Shown piece after piece: positions 1 through 13,599 of a stretch of 64,000 bases of DNA; position 1 is the stretch's first letter; each line of letters starts with the position of its first letter. The notes under the pieces are model-generated. The model had not been told where the DNA came from, did no database searches, and saw only the letters and a list, made by a program, of their open reading frames with translations. The translations under genes were made by a program, and so were the position numbers. The stretch lies in assembly GCA_050084515.1 (NCBI GenBank), contig CM114271.1, forward strand, positions 35,216,001 to 35,280,000, in the 5' to 3' direction. This stretch comes from Blasia pusilla (lineage: Eukaryota).

Positions 1-1832
1 TCGCTCCTCAGCAACTGCAAATCTCGATCCCAACTCGGTCGTGGAGACAACTCCTCTAATCAGAAAGTCATATTCCTCCCGTATTGACGCTCCTCAAAAC
101 TCCTCGATGGACACTGCAATTCCAGCAGAACGGTGGGGCGTTGCAGGCGGTATAGAACGGCTAGGAACGGCATGGCCCTTGATGGTAGGATCCGACACTC
201 GGCAGCATACCCTCCTCAATCAACAATAAACCCACACTCTGCTCCACAATGACAGTGCAGCTCCACGATCGAGACGGTGCGGTGCAGCCACGAGCAGCAT
301 GGCGCGGCAATCGGCGGCACGTTGCGGCTACGGGCGTCACGGCACAGTACTCAATCGTCATCGAGCAGCAACCAATCATAACATAGCAGCATGAAATCAA
401 AACTCAAACACCATAACCGGAGGTCATCTACCATCACTGGTTGATGACGAAACTGTGATGACGGTGGCGGCCAAACCAAAGTACATGCTGGCGGCGCAAG
501 TCAGAGAATCAACGGTGGTCGTGGAAGACCCTCCACTTCATAATGGCGGAAATGGCAATCAAAGGGTGGAAAACGTCCAAATGCGGCTTTGAGCAACGCT
601 GGACAACGACAACGACCGACGGTGGCCGGTGGATGGTGGATGGTGGACGGTGACGGTTGATCGTTGATGGTGACGACGGACCGTTGACGGTGATAGTTGA
701 CCATTGACGGTGACCGTTGACCGTTGACCGGTGATGGTGACTATGACGGCGACGACCTCCGCCGGCGTGGCGGCTGGTTTAGGGTTTGAACAATTTAACC
801 CTAAAAATTGCCTAGCAATGGCAATTTTGCAAGATTGACCATAACTTTTTACTCGCAACTCAAAATTGCGCACTGTTTGCTGCACAACGTGCATAGCTTC
901 ACGATCTATGACGAAGTCAAAAAATATTTGGAATTGGACATTCCGGTAAAAATTGATGGGGACTGTTGTAAAGCCCAATGTCTATTTCTCCTACACAAAA
1001 TTCGGCAGCACTTCCGTGCTGATTTCTCCCAACGAAAATGTAAAACGTGTGAAAATACAAATCAGCAAGCTACATGGTGCTCCCGAGAGCACCAGCATGG
1101 GGAAACCCGCCCCCATAATCAATTCCTATCAGAAATTGGGTAGTGCTTCCGCGCGCCACTCTTCCACACAAAAAATCGGCAAATGCAAAGAACAATCAAA
1201 GGAGCCCTTGCTCCGGTGAGCACTCCCATGAGCCGCTGAACCGGGAACACGGTCCCCAACCTGAAAAAATAGTGAGTGACGAGCGAGCTCCCCCATGAAG
1301 CTCTCTCACTCTCTCATTCTCTCTTTGTAAATTAAGATCCAATCTCTCTCTACACCATCTCACACCATAGCTCTCAAAGGTGTGCACTCTCTCTCATGTC
1401 AAACCAAACCCACTCTCCTAATGAGAGGCTTGGGTTACACTCATAAGGCAAGGGACCATAGCTCCGCCGCCTCATGCCAAGAGGTTCAACAAAGAGAGAA
1501 TGAGCTTTCAAGCTCCCTCTCTTGGAGGTATATCCCCTTTCCTCTCCCAAGCCCTCTCAACGGTAACCTATGCTCGTAGGTCACCTCCTTGGCTGTTGAC
1601 CCGCTGTAGCGGATCAAGGGCTACTTCCCAAAGTGGAAAGTCAACTATCCCCAACATGGAAACTTATCCGAAATTGTAAGTTTCTCTATATGACCTCTTG
1701 AGGCCCCGGGAAACCTGCTCTCTCAGATTTCCCGGGGCCTCAACAAGTCATTCTCGACCTCCTGGGCTTGTACTCCACTACTCATGCAAACGCTCTACTA
1801 GATCCCACCGATTTATTCTAACAGTTGTGACA
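1..1832 (-). mobile_element. 5' portion of a split-direct-repeat Gypsy-like element (A1 repeat plus 5' internal region); continues off the left edge
   Basis: The minus strand starts TGTCACAAC at 1832. 1329-1832 matches the A repeat of the element at 7543-8108. The whole 500-1832 block matches 55675-56985 in inverted orientation. Confidence 0.8.
1329..1832 (-). repeat. A1 terminal repeat (~500 bp), not followed by a B repeat
   Basis: Colinear with 7543-8108 (shared ORF-track peptide MHSLSCQTKPTLL.RGLGYTHKARDHSS) and with 55675-56165. The B sequence (7422-7542) is absent on its inner side. Confidence 0.85.
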
Positions 1833-3456
1833 AGGATCTCAATTAATGATGGATAGGAGTGGAGCGCGAGTTGTACGTGATTTCCCTTTTCTTAACCCAT
1901 ACCACGTGAAGGTTATCTTTGTAGATAGGCGCTGGTTTACTCGTTATCTAGTCTACCACTTTGGGGAGGCATTCATGAACTAGGTTATGCAATCACCAAC
2001 TCCGGTGATACTTCCTATTGCAATTGTCACGTACGGACTTGGGATGGTATTTTGTTTGTCTTTATTTAGCAAACTATGGATGTAAATAGGACTGCTTGAG
2101 TAGAGTTTTATACTAGTTGTGCTATTTATGATTTCTTCTCTAGAAGCCTAAAGTAGTTTATAGAGACTTCATAATTATGAATTTTGGGGTTAGATGTTAT
2201 GAAGAAGTGATCGCATCGGCACTACCATTTGTGATTCCTATCGTGAGAGAATGAAGAGTGCATGTAAAAATTGTGTACTAAAAGAGAGAACTTCTTAGAG
2301 AGTTCATATTGCATCAACGTCTGTCGTAGCTAGAAGGTCCGCCCTTACTTGAAGGAAAGTTTTCGACACGACAACTTTCCAAATCCAGTTCTTACCTCTT
2401 TGGCAACCACTCTTACTAGACTCGACTCCTCTCAAGTCTTGGTACTTAAGCGTGTTGGTACTCCAACTTGTGACAACTCTTAAGTTTTTCTGCACAATGT
2501 AGTCTCACTACCCATTGTTCTTTTTTTCTAAAAAGTGTTTCCACAACATTTTCCGGTGAACAACATTCTCTTTCGAGTAGCGCACATATTTAGAGCTATT
2601 CTGGGCACAAACTTACGTGCGAACTATGGTTTCATTCATAATGTCAATGTTGTCCGTGTCCGGATAATATCATTGTGTAGCTTTTGTGTAACAATTGCGT
2701 ATGATTTTACATTCCTGTTTCATATTGGAAGATTTTCAGTTTTCCTAGATCCGACTGTGTCTATCTTTTGTGTTGCACATGTTTTCACATTTCAGTTTTA
2801 TATTGCAAAATTCTGAGTTTCCTTTCATATCACACTTTCATAATTTCATGTGCATGCTAATGGTCGAGTCAGCACTCAGGTCCCATGCGCAAAAGAATTC
2901 TACCAGTACTTTATTTTTCATTGCCTCACCCATGTGCTACCTATGTCTGATTGATTCCGTAAACAACAAAGTAAGCAAGTCACCCATGGCACGATCAAGC
3001 GTGCAACGGGAAAATAAGTTTTTTCTCACAATCGTACTTTACATCTTAAACAGAAATCCCACCGGCTTGTTTGAGATTTAACAACACGTCCTGCAGAACA
3101 ATAAAAAAAACACAAACCTCATATCCACACCAGTATAGTACTTCCGACTTATTACATTCTTTCAGGCAGACCACCCCCACCACCACAGACCGTATACCTT
3201 CTTCTTCTTCACAGTTCCCCAGCCTCTACTAGGAGCACACTCCGCGAGTGGCAGTTGTTTCAGGAAACTGTTGTGCCGTTCTTCAACACCCATTCCGTCA
3301 GAAAGGGGCCCACATACTTGTTAGATAGTGTCTTTAGGAATCCGGGATGCAATCATATAGGAATCGGTAGGTGGCTGCCCCGTGGGTTCAGAGCGACTAC
3401 GAATGACACGAGTTCTCTCGTGGATTGAATGTCGACGCGAGCCGTGGAGGCTCAGT

Positions 3457-6007
3457 TCATAGGCTGACGGAGTCGTCGCGTGCGCCGATTGCGTGGGAAG
3501 ACAGGCGCAGAGTTGCGATAGCTTCGCACGGGACCGCTTTGCGGGCCGTGAGTCCATTGGTCTCGTCCATGTTGATATCCGCGGGCTTTATACCCGGGGG
3601 AAGACTCCAGTCGCAGGCGTGGACCATGACGGCGAGCCCGTACTGGACAAGTAGTAGCCCGAGGCTTCGTCCGGGGCAGGAACGGCGACCGGAGCCGAAG
3701 GGGAGAAGGTCGAAATCGTTGCCCAGAGTGTCCTTGGTGCTGTCGACAAATCGTTCCGGCCGGAATTCGAGGGGACTTTCCCAGTACGCCGGGTCTCTGC
3801 CGATGGCCCAGGTGTTGATGAACACGCGACAGTGGGCCGGAATGTGGTAACCGGCGACCTCACAGTTCCTGTTGGACTCGTGCGGCACGAGCAGTGGCGC
3901 GACAGGGTGCAACCGGAAACTCTCCTTGATCACGCAGTCGAGGTACTTCAGCTTCGGAAGGTCGGACTCTTGTACTAACCGATCTCGGCCTACTACTGCG
4001 TCCAGTTCGTCTCGGACCTTTTCCATGATATCCGGGTTACGGAGTAGTTCCGAGAACGCCCACTCCAGCGTGGTGGATGACGTGTCCGTGCCCGCCAGTA
4101 TGACATCCTGCATGTTGTACGTACAACAATCCGACGGTCAGGAAGGATCGATCGTTCACTTGATGTTCGTCCCCTGCTGCCAACTCACCTTCGCTTTCCC
4201 CTCTGCTCATGCGAGGCGCCACAGCGGCCAAGGATTCCGATTGCAGTTCTAAGTTCCGATTGCGTCCAGGAGGGGAGCTAGGTGGACGCACCCAGCTCCC
4301 CTCCAAACTATTTCCTGGACGCAATCGGAACTTAGAACTGCCAGGTCAGTTGTCCAGTCCAGTCTACCTATAACGCCTGCTTTATTTGGACTTAGACCCA
4401 CTAGGTTTCTACAAAAGATTCGTGGCCCGTCAACAGGTCAGACTCTGAGCTGGGTGCTGTGCAGCTCGAGGGTGGAGACAGACTTGTCAAAACTAAAGCT
4501 TACACAGAGCCAGATCGTCCAGGCATGGGCGAGCGAATTTGAAGGGCCGAGTACGCCATTGAGACATAAGGTCACGAGCAAACCTCTGAAAGGGATGGGT
4601 TAGAAAGAGAGCGAGAGATGCAATAATGCATACCATCAATATAGGTTTGATTTGGTCGTCACTTAGGAACTTGCCAGTGGCATCGTTAGGACGCGTCAGC
4701 AACAACTCAACGATATCCTGCTCATGAGCCTCGCTCGAGCCCTGGGTTTGAATCTTCAATCGATGCTCGTCAAGAATGTGCTCGTAAAGTAAATCCATCT
4801 TTTTGAATGCTGCTTTCATTTTCTTCTTGTAGCCTTGCAGGTCGAATTTATCCAGAAAGGGTATGAAGTCCCCGATGTTGAACACGCCGAATAGTGTGAA
4901 GACTTCCTTAATGAACTCCTCGAAATCGAAGGACCCTTTAACGGCCTGTGCCTTCTCTCCCAACACGCTCTTATTCATCAACATCCGACAGACGTTGTTT
5001 GTGGCAAGCTGGGAAAATATTATATCCATTCGCACTGGCTTCTTCCCTTTGCATTTTTCCACCACGCTGCGCACTATGGACCAAACTTCCTCCCTCCGAC
5101 TTTCCTGCGGGTCCCCATGGTCACGAGTAAGGATCCAAACAATTGGTCGGACACTGGCCTCTTATTCCTGACAAGTCAACACATCTCCGAGTTACAATCT
5201 ATTAGAGCCCACATTCCACGTCAAGGTTGTAGAAAAAATCCGTTTCTGATCCACAAAATCTCCAAAAAGCTGTCCAGGAGCCGAGCTTCTAAGACGCAAA
5301 CCCTTGCCCTCGGATCTCGAGTTTTGCGACCCGTGAGAAAGTATAGAAAATTTCAAGGCCTACTATTCCAGCCCTTCACGAGTGCTTGCAGCTCGCACTG
5401 CGACAAAAGTGAACATCACAGCAAACGAAACTTCTGACCCCGAGAAATTGCAATCTTCTAAATGCAAATTCACTCAATGTTACTGAAATTCATTTGAATT
5501 TTGGCATCTTCGATTCTTATCAACAGCCGTGAACAGATAACTGTGGAGATGACTCCAAACCTGAAAGTATTGCAACCGCTTGTGGGTGAACAGCTCTAAT
5601 GTGAAGACCTTACGCACATATCTCCAGTCGCTCCCATATGGCAGAAACGCGATGTTTTGGTTCTTATACGCCAAGATGTGGGTCGCGGCAGTGACCGGCC
5701 TCGACGCGAACACCAAATCTTGAGTTCGGAGAACTTCTTCCGCCAGCTTGGAGGAAGATACAACGATCGTTGGGATTGATCCGAGACGTAGGTATAGGAG
5801 GGGTCCATACGTTTTGGCCAAATCGGTCATACTGCGGTGCGGCAATTCTCCCAGATGAGGAAGATTTCCCAGGATAGGCCATGGCTTCGGGCCAGGAGGC
5901 AAAGGAAGCCTTTTGGGCTTGTTCATGTTCACATATACCGCCACCAAGGCCACGATCGTTGCAACCGCGGCCAGTAGAATTTCTAGCGGTACCCATTGCA
6001 GTTCCAT
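3457..6007 (-). CDS. Cytochrome P450, CYP71 clan (CYP75/92/736-like), ~522 aa; exons 6007-5561, 5104-4634, 4107-3457
   Basis: N-terminal TM anchor, PPGPKPWPILGNL hinge, I-helix AGTDTS, ExxR (ESFR), PERF and heme motif FGSGRRSCPG. Two phase-0 GT-AG introns join the three ORF-track ORFs in frame. Confidence 0.95.
4243..4341. repeat. 99-bp fold-back (MITE-like or hairpin) in P450 intron 2
   Basis: Perfect 29-bp inverted repeats at 4243-4271 and 4313-4341 (GCAGTTCTAAGTTCCGATTGCGTCCAGGA), plus an inner GGGGAGCT/AGCTCCCC stem. Confidence 0.85.
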
Positions 6008-7421
6008 CTCGACGCCCTCTTCTTGTCCTGCTACGATTCCAGATTCCTCCTGATTCTTCTTCCCACCCTCACACTCTCGAATACTCCATCAACCGATCCC
6101 GCTTTCTTTCTTTTTTTCTTCCTACATATACCACCGCTAGCTCGATACGCATCTCAACTCGTGAGAAGCTAAGCAACACTCACTGACATCGATGAAGCTA
6201 TGGAAGTAAGGCGTCCAGTAAAGCAACCAAAGACTATAGCGCCTGTACCCGCACCGCCGCGACTCATGTGCCACGTTCATTCATCGGTTAAGGCGCAGCA
6301 CTTAGTCTGTTTGCGCCACATAATTGTTTCCGATCGTCGAGCTGCCCTCGTGTAGAAATCAGTATAATTACAGACTCTTACTTTTCATTGAGTACTTTTA
6401 CCGATTCTGAAATAAGTATCGGCTACTTACTTTAGATTCCCCGATCCAAACTGCTGAACGTCTTAGACTGAAAATTAAATTTAGACTCAAGACCCTAAAT
6501 TTCAAGATTTTATTAACGGAGCCTTCCTTGCCCAACCAAAGAACTCCAATCGAAACTATTTACTTCCCTTGCCCGGCCTATCCGTCCATCGTGGTTCGAC
6601 TGACCGGTTCTGTTAGGGACAGGACTAGGGATGGTATGGAGAATTCGTATTCCCTGTAGTTATTGAGCGGAGCAGTTGCCTTCGAAACTGGGAAGAAAGA
6701 GGACAATGAAAAATGACCGTGACAGTCCACTTGCGATTATCGGGTCTGGCAGTTCTAAGTTGGGACGGGATGTACGGTCACTGTTCACCTATGACATTTT
6801 GAAAACAGTAAATGTGCCGTCACTATTTAGGCACGACTAAATTATTTGGAAAAGCATGGGACATGAAGACTGTTATTTTGCTCGGAAAGAATTGAAAAGT
6901 TACGAGTGACATCAAAAGTAAGTATAATCGAATCAAATGCAAACAGAAAGTTGTTGATTTTCTCCTAACATACCTTTTTTTAAAGTATTTTCTCATGGTG
7001 TATTTGGTTATGATCATTCTTTTCTTATGTTTGGATTTATTCTAGTCAAACTCTCATATGTCTTTCTCTCTTTTTCAACACTTTACCTAATTATCTAGTC
7101 CTTTCCGGATTCAGATTCTCGAACCACTTCTTTTCATATCGTTGAAGTCATTATTTTTTTCTCAAGTTTCATTTTTAAGTTGATTTTTTCAATCATAAAT
7201 TTACCTTTGTCTTACCTTAATTCTCATTATCTAGATCTACTTTGGATGGATTCCACCCCTTTATTATGCTTGTTATTCCAATAGTTTCACTTTACCACGA
7301 TTTGTTAGATCTACAATTTTCTTGAATGATCTACGTATAGTTCTATGGACATGGATCTATGCAATCCATATGGTTTTACAATTCATGATTTTTTCAATAA
7401 TAAATTCACCTTTTTCTAACC

Positions 7422-8231
7422 TGTCGTGCGCATACACATCGCTACACAACATACATCGCTATCATCGAACACACACGAAGACACACACGATCCCATGCTA
7501 ACTCATGGCATCCATACACAGAGGCCAAAAGTACCAAAATATAAAGTAAGATCTAATCTCTCTTTACACCATCTCATACCATAGCTTTCAAAGGTGTGCA
7601 CTCTCTCTCATGTCAAACCAAACCCACTCTCCTAATAAGAGGCTTGGGTTACACTCACAAGGCAAGGGACCATAGCTCCACTGCCTTATGCCAAGAAGTT
7701 CAACAAAGAGAGAGGGAGCTTGAGAGCTCATTCAATGAGTCAATCAATGAGCTTGAGAGCTCATTGATTGACCTCTCAAGCTCCCTCTCTTGGAGGTATA
7801 CCCCCTTCCCTCTCCCAAGCCCTCTCAACGGTAACCTATGCTTGTAGGTCACCTCCTTGGCTCTTGACCTGCTGTAGCGGGTCAAGGGCCACTTCCCAAA
7901 GTGGAAATTCAACTATCCCCAACATGGAAACTTGCCCGAAATAGTAAATTTCTCTATATGGCTCCAAATGAGTCGAAACAAAGGTGAAACCTGCTCTCTC
8001 AGGTTTCCCGGGGCCTCAACAAGTCATTCTCGACCTCCTGGGCTTGTACTCCACTACTCGTGAAGACATTCTGCTAGATCCCACCGATCTATCCTAATAG
8101 TTGCGACAGCTGTCGTGCGCATACACATCAATACACCACATACATCGCTGTGATCGAACACACACACAAACACTCACGATCCCATGCTAACTCATGGCAT
8201 CCATACACAGAGGCAAGAAGTACCAAAATAT
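7422..8231 (-). repeat. 3' terminal repeat block of element 1: B1 (8231-8111), GC (8110-8109), A2 (8108-7543), B2 (7542-7422)
   Basis: 7422-7542 and 8111-8231 are direct repeats, both starting TGTCGTGCGCATACACATC on +. The junction CGACAGCTGTCG at 8104-8115 is a perfect palindrome. Confidence 0.9.
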
Positions 8232-8429
8232 CTCCAATCGCCCTCCTAGCTAGTGATTAGGTCTCTCTAACTCCAGATAGCCATCTATCCCTATCTACCA
8301 CGATATACATCTCTACAACGCTAAGAGAAGAAAGGCTGGGTGCTCATGTGGCCCCATCGTTAGTCGCCTTCCTGTCATCCATGTCACAGAAAAAGTCGGG
8401 ATCAAAACCTACCTAGTATCTCCTCTACG

Positions 8430-11400
8430 TATATCTGAGACACATCTATCGTCCCTGAGGAACCCTAGTGAGAGGTGGCATCAGATATGCCATATGCCAA
8501 CCTCTTGAACATCCATCATAGACTAGCATCGTGGCCCTACCACGGCCAGAACCACACAACATACAATGCAAGCCTGTAGGAACTACTGCTAATCTTGGAT
8601 CTACTATACCATCAATGTTAGGAAGGTGACATGACGCACAATTACGCACATGGTCCTTCCATACCATATCATTATGTCCCTCCAACAAGAGAATACCGGA
8701 TGGTAAAACGTCACGCACTCTCAAGATAGTGCGTCCTGCAGTCACATCCAACGTCGTCGGTGCCGTCTGCTACAAGTAGACATAATCTTCTTGATGAAAC
8801 CTCCGGATAGTTGGTCGATAACCACCACCCCGAATAGTCGCATACCTCAACGTATCTCGATGTTGCGCAATCGCCAAGTTCTCAAATGCCATGGGCATCA
8901 CTCTCCTAAACAACTCTGCCCTTTGAGAACATGATCGCATCCATACATGTGAGTCATCAAGGTCCAGCATCTTGACGAATGGCCGCAGGTAAATCTGGCT
9001 CTCGGCCATAAATTAGCAAGTACGGTGAAAAAGACGCTAAGGATGCATGCCTGCTGAATCTGTATCCCATCGCCAACTATGGCAACTGGAGGTCCCAATC
9101 TCCTAGGTGACCTCTCTGCAAGCCATACTTGCGTAAACCCCTCTTCACTGTCTGCACAACTCTCTTCGCTAATCCATCTGCCTCGGGATGATCTCGCGAA
9201 GTCGTGCGGTGGTCGATCATCGCCTGATCACACAAGGCCTGGAACTCACCGCAAAATTGGATACCCTAGTTTGTCAACATCTCAGCCGGTACCCCATAAT
9301 GACTTAGCACTCTGTCAAGGAAGGCATAAGCTACTCCCTCACTCGCTCTGTCAGAAAATGCCACCAACTCGATCCACTTCGAGAAGTACTCGACCATCAC
9401 CAACACATAACGACTGTGACGCTCCGTCAAAGGCAAAGGTCCTACAAAATCCAAAATCCATCTATACCCTAAGCCCATGATCGGTTATGGATGAAATTGT
9501 GGAGTCGGAGCATTGAATGATGCTCGGACCCGATCACATACCATGCACCTGGCAACAAACTGCAGAACGTCAGTCTGCATGCCTCGCCACCAATACTAAA
9601 TCTGTATCAAGCTGTACGTCCGCTTCACCCCAAAGTGACCCAACTCCTCGTGGGCATGCTGCACTAGTCGTGTTCTCTGCAAAGGATGCGGCACTACGCG
9701 TACTATGCCATCCTCCCAAACCCTCAAAACATGTGTTCCCTCCCAACGGAACCGTCTGGCCCGTTGTAGGATCCGATCACGCTCTCTAGCACCCACGGTG
9801 CTCGCAACGCTGCCAGTACAAAGGTACTCCAAGACTACTCCATCATCATGACTATCCCAACCACCTGTCGTCTCCTCACTGGCCTCGAGATCCAAGGACT
9901 CTCCACTAGACCTCGCCATCGAAGTCTCCACACTTTGGCTCTCCATAGCCAACATGCCTAAATAGGCTGACGCATGCCATCCTGGCACTAACTCCTCATC
10001 ACTCTCTCCATGCCATAGAGCTCTAGTCGCATCTCGCTGACTCGGGCATGCGTTACGACTCAACCCATCTGCATCCTGGTTGAGTGTCCCAGGTCTATGT
10101 ACCACCTGAAAATCATACTCCTGCAACAACAGAGGCCATCTCGCAAGCTTCCTTGTAAGCTTGTTGGACTCCATCAACCACTTCAGTGGTTGATGATCAG
10201 TGATGATGCTAAAGGGGTTGCCGAATAAGTAACACCTGAAATGCGCGATAGCCCACACCGCAGCCAAGCACTCACCCTCATACGAGCTGTACTTTGCCTC
10301 TGCAGTGTTGTTCGAGAAGCTAGCGTAAGCCACCATGAACTCTCTACCCTCATCATCATGCTGGGTGAGCACCGCTCCAAGCCCCAACATGCTCCAATCT
10401 GTGTGCAACTGGAAAGGACGCCCCCTGATCGGTCTCCTCAAGATGGGTGTGGACGTCAACCTGTTCTTGAGCAATTGAAATGCTTGCTCCTGCTCATTCC
10501 CCCAATGCCACTCGTGATCCACCTTGGTCAGCAAGGTTAGCGGCTTCACAATAGAACTGAATCCCTTGACGTACCGCCGGTAGAAGTTCGCCAACCCCAT
10601 GAATGTGCGAACACGGCTCACATGTGTAGGGCGTGGAATGCGTGAGATAGCCTCTATCTTTGTCTGCTTAACACCAAGGCCCCCAAGGTATATCGTATGA
10701 CCTAAGTACTCAATCTGGTCGTAGAAGAACTTGCACTTGCCTGGATGTAGTTTTAGCCCATGTAATTGCAATCGTCCAAACACCTCCTCTAGATGTCGCT
10801 AAAGCTCCTCAACCGTGGCGCTAAAGACTACGATGTCATCAATATAACATCTAGCAAAATCTGGATGAGGCAAGATCCTATCCATCACCCTCTGAAACTC
10901 ACCCGAGGCGTTCTTTAACCCAAATGGTAAGGACCGCCACTAGTAAAAACAATCCTTCCCGTGAGGATCGATGCCCCAAAATGCCGTCTTCTACTTGTCC
11001 TCCAATCTGATAGGCAGTTGATGGTATCCGGCTCGCAAATCCAATGAAATGAAGACCTTTGCGTAACCAATTGGATCAAATATCTGATGAGGGGTGGGAT
11101 GGCATACCTATCGGACTTTGTCTGCCCATTGATAGGTCGATAATCCCCACCCATTTTCCCATCCGTCCAAGTGCCATGCACATCCTTCTTGGCGGGCATG
11201 ACAGTGGCAGATGCATACTCCCCATGCGACATCTCCACTAGTCCTGGTCCGACCAAGTCCTGGCTCCTACTCTAAATCAGAGCCCTCTCCATATCACTGT
11301 ACGTGTAGGATTGTCTGAAGATCGGCGTATCACTCGACAACTCAATGCGGATCCCTGGTCCCTTCAGCGTACCCAAATCCTCCATGCTAAATGCAAAGCA

Positions 11401-12600
11401 ACTCCAATAACTCATGAGGAACTGATGTATTCGGCGCCGCTCTCCTCTAGTCAACTTAGGGCCCATATGTGGCTCCCAAGTCTTCATCGTGACTACGGTA
11501 GGACTCTCCGGCCCGCATATTGGTTGCTGCTATGGTGCAACCCCGTCTCGAACAACAACACTCGGCCGCTCTTCTGCAGCCAACTGCAAACTCTGATCTC
11601 CTCCATGTGTAGTGCCCAAAACCACTCTCCATGCTGCGGCTATCATCTCTTGGCGTACCTGCAAAATACCCCAAGAAGTCCAAGGGTGTCTCTCCCAATC
11701 TCCCTTGGTGTGTAGATCTCCTCGAGTCTCACCCCAGCCACTGCCTCCACCGTCTCGTTAGGCATGGGGCTCATCAACGCAACCGCTGTGCTAATCCCTT
11801 CAAAGAGATCTAACACTCGAATATCCTCCTACGGGGTATACCACACAATGGGTGTGGTATCCAAGGGTGTCATCCTTGCACTCCCTGCTACCTCGGATTC
11901 CTCAGACCCATCACGCTCCACTGCAAACGCCTCGCTCCACGTGGTCTGCATGTGCTCATCTGCCAATCGTCGAAGCTCCTTAGTCGAGCCCCACAACGGC
12001 ACCTCTCCTCCACGGAATGATGCGGCTACCATAACACTCCTCTCCATAGAAATATCAGGAACGGGAATTTCCTCTGCATGGATATGTCCCTCAATCAAAT
12101 CACTAGGCCAAGTGATTGCACTGCTAAATGCTGCTAAGGTCGCCACCTCTCCTGGCCATCGCTCGATCACTGCACCTGTGAATCGAACGGGTAATGAGCT
12201 AAGGCGCCCATCACCTGACTGCCATCCTGATTTGTAGGATGCAGACTCCTCCTAGTAATCTAGGGAAAATCCCATTGGGTATAACACTGCTCCACCAACC
12301 AAGACGTCGTAGGATAGTGCATCAGCCACTATCGCCTTGGCTCGCACCACGGACTCATTTGTAGGATGTCTCGGGCGAATCCTCACCACAACCTCCTGTT
12401 GGGTGATATACTGTGTGGTACTGGCTCCACCCATGGATGTATGTATCCGAAATGGAAAACGCTCCACATCGGCTCTCGTCAAGCCCAATCCTCTGAATGA
12501 CGCTTTCCCCAACATCAGGGGTTGCGCTCCTGAATCCAACAAGACGCGCCACGGAGTAAAAGCTCTACCTCCAAGACTCACCAAGTGGAAGACCTCTCCT
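8430..12600 (-). pseudogene. Element 1 pol: PR - (DNMT motif I remnant) - RT - RNase H - IN - PHD, with stops and frameshifts
   Basis: ORF-track fragments 12252-12584, 11829-12170, 11272-11487, 10915-11256, 9596-10783, 9266-9478, 8770-9009 and 8446-8751. Confidence 0.9.
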
Positions 12601-13599
12601 CAGTTATCCAGCAACACAACACCAGGAGAAGCCATGGCACGATCTATCACGAGTCTAGCGGGCATCTCCACCATCCTAGCAGCCGCAGCCTGCCATGAAT
12701 CTGACGTGGACGGCCCGAGCATCCGCTCCAAGGGCAGGTCCATCATCTCCTCTGCATTCACCTCTCAACGTGATGCAGGAACTCCAACTCCATGCTCACA
12801 TAGCGTAGCGGCCAGCCAAAAACCCTCGGCGGGCGTACCCCCCAACGTCATAATATCGGAAGCAAAAAATAAAGGATCGCGGTACACAATGGTGGCCGCC
12901 CCCAACAACGAATTTGCAAGTCTCTAAGTTGTATAATAAGTCTTTTGACTAGTGATAGTGGGAGTATTACTGTGATTTCAATTGTACAATAGTTAACAAA
13001 TGAAGAATAAGATATATTGTGGGGACCTTTCTTCTTGTAAGAGAATCCATAGAATAAGAAATTGTATGGTGAGATAATAAAAAACTTCAGCTCATAACCA
13101 AAAAATTTCTATTTTCATTTTAGAAACCAGATTGATGGGATAAGTTTAGATGAGCAAATTTCATGCATCAATGGAGGCACACTAGGGACTCTTGTTTGCC
13201 TTCACTCTGATGGTTAACAACTTGTAAAAAATAGGTAAATCAAGGCAAGAAGGTAAATCATTCATGGAGGGCTCATTGCAAATCGTAAGATCCAATAAAC
13301 AAAAATGTAATGAACCAACTAATCAGCAGATCTGACATGCATCTTTAAAAAATTTCAGAATGGTAGTTGAGAGCCTAAATGTAGGAAAATTGAGAAATAA
13401 GATACAATACAAAGTCCATTGCATTTACTTACAAAGTTCATGAGAACCTGAGTAAAAAACCAAGTTGATAGTGTAATTCTTGGACAACTTTGTCCAACAA
13501 AATTCATTCAAACAGAAAAAAGCAAGAGTTCTACTAAAGACAAGTATAAGGTATCCGGCGTAATGTCAGCAAAAACTGAAGCTTAATGAAACTAACTTT

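Larger units (their letters stand above)
7422..12915 (-). mobile_element. 5'-truncated, degenerate Ty3/Gypsy-like retrotransposon (element 1) with a B1-GC-A2-B2 3' end
   Basis: Protease (VLLDSGAQPLMLG), RT, RNase H (LHTDWS...SYEGECLA...ITDHQPL), integrase (HAHEELGHFG, LDFVGPLP) and a C-terminal PHD-like motif, in Gypsy domain order. The terminus is CGCACGACA (minus strand) at 7422. Confidence 0.92.

Noticed and set aside
2380-2450. Short similarity to 26880-26935
   Set aside because: Probably a decayed LTR fragment, but too short to define boundaries.
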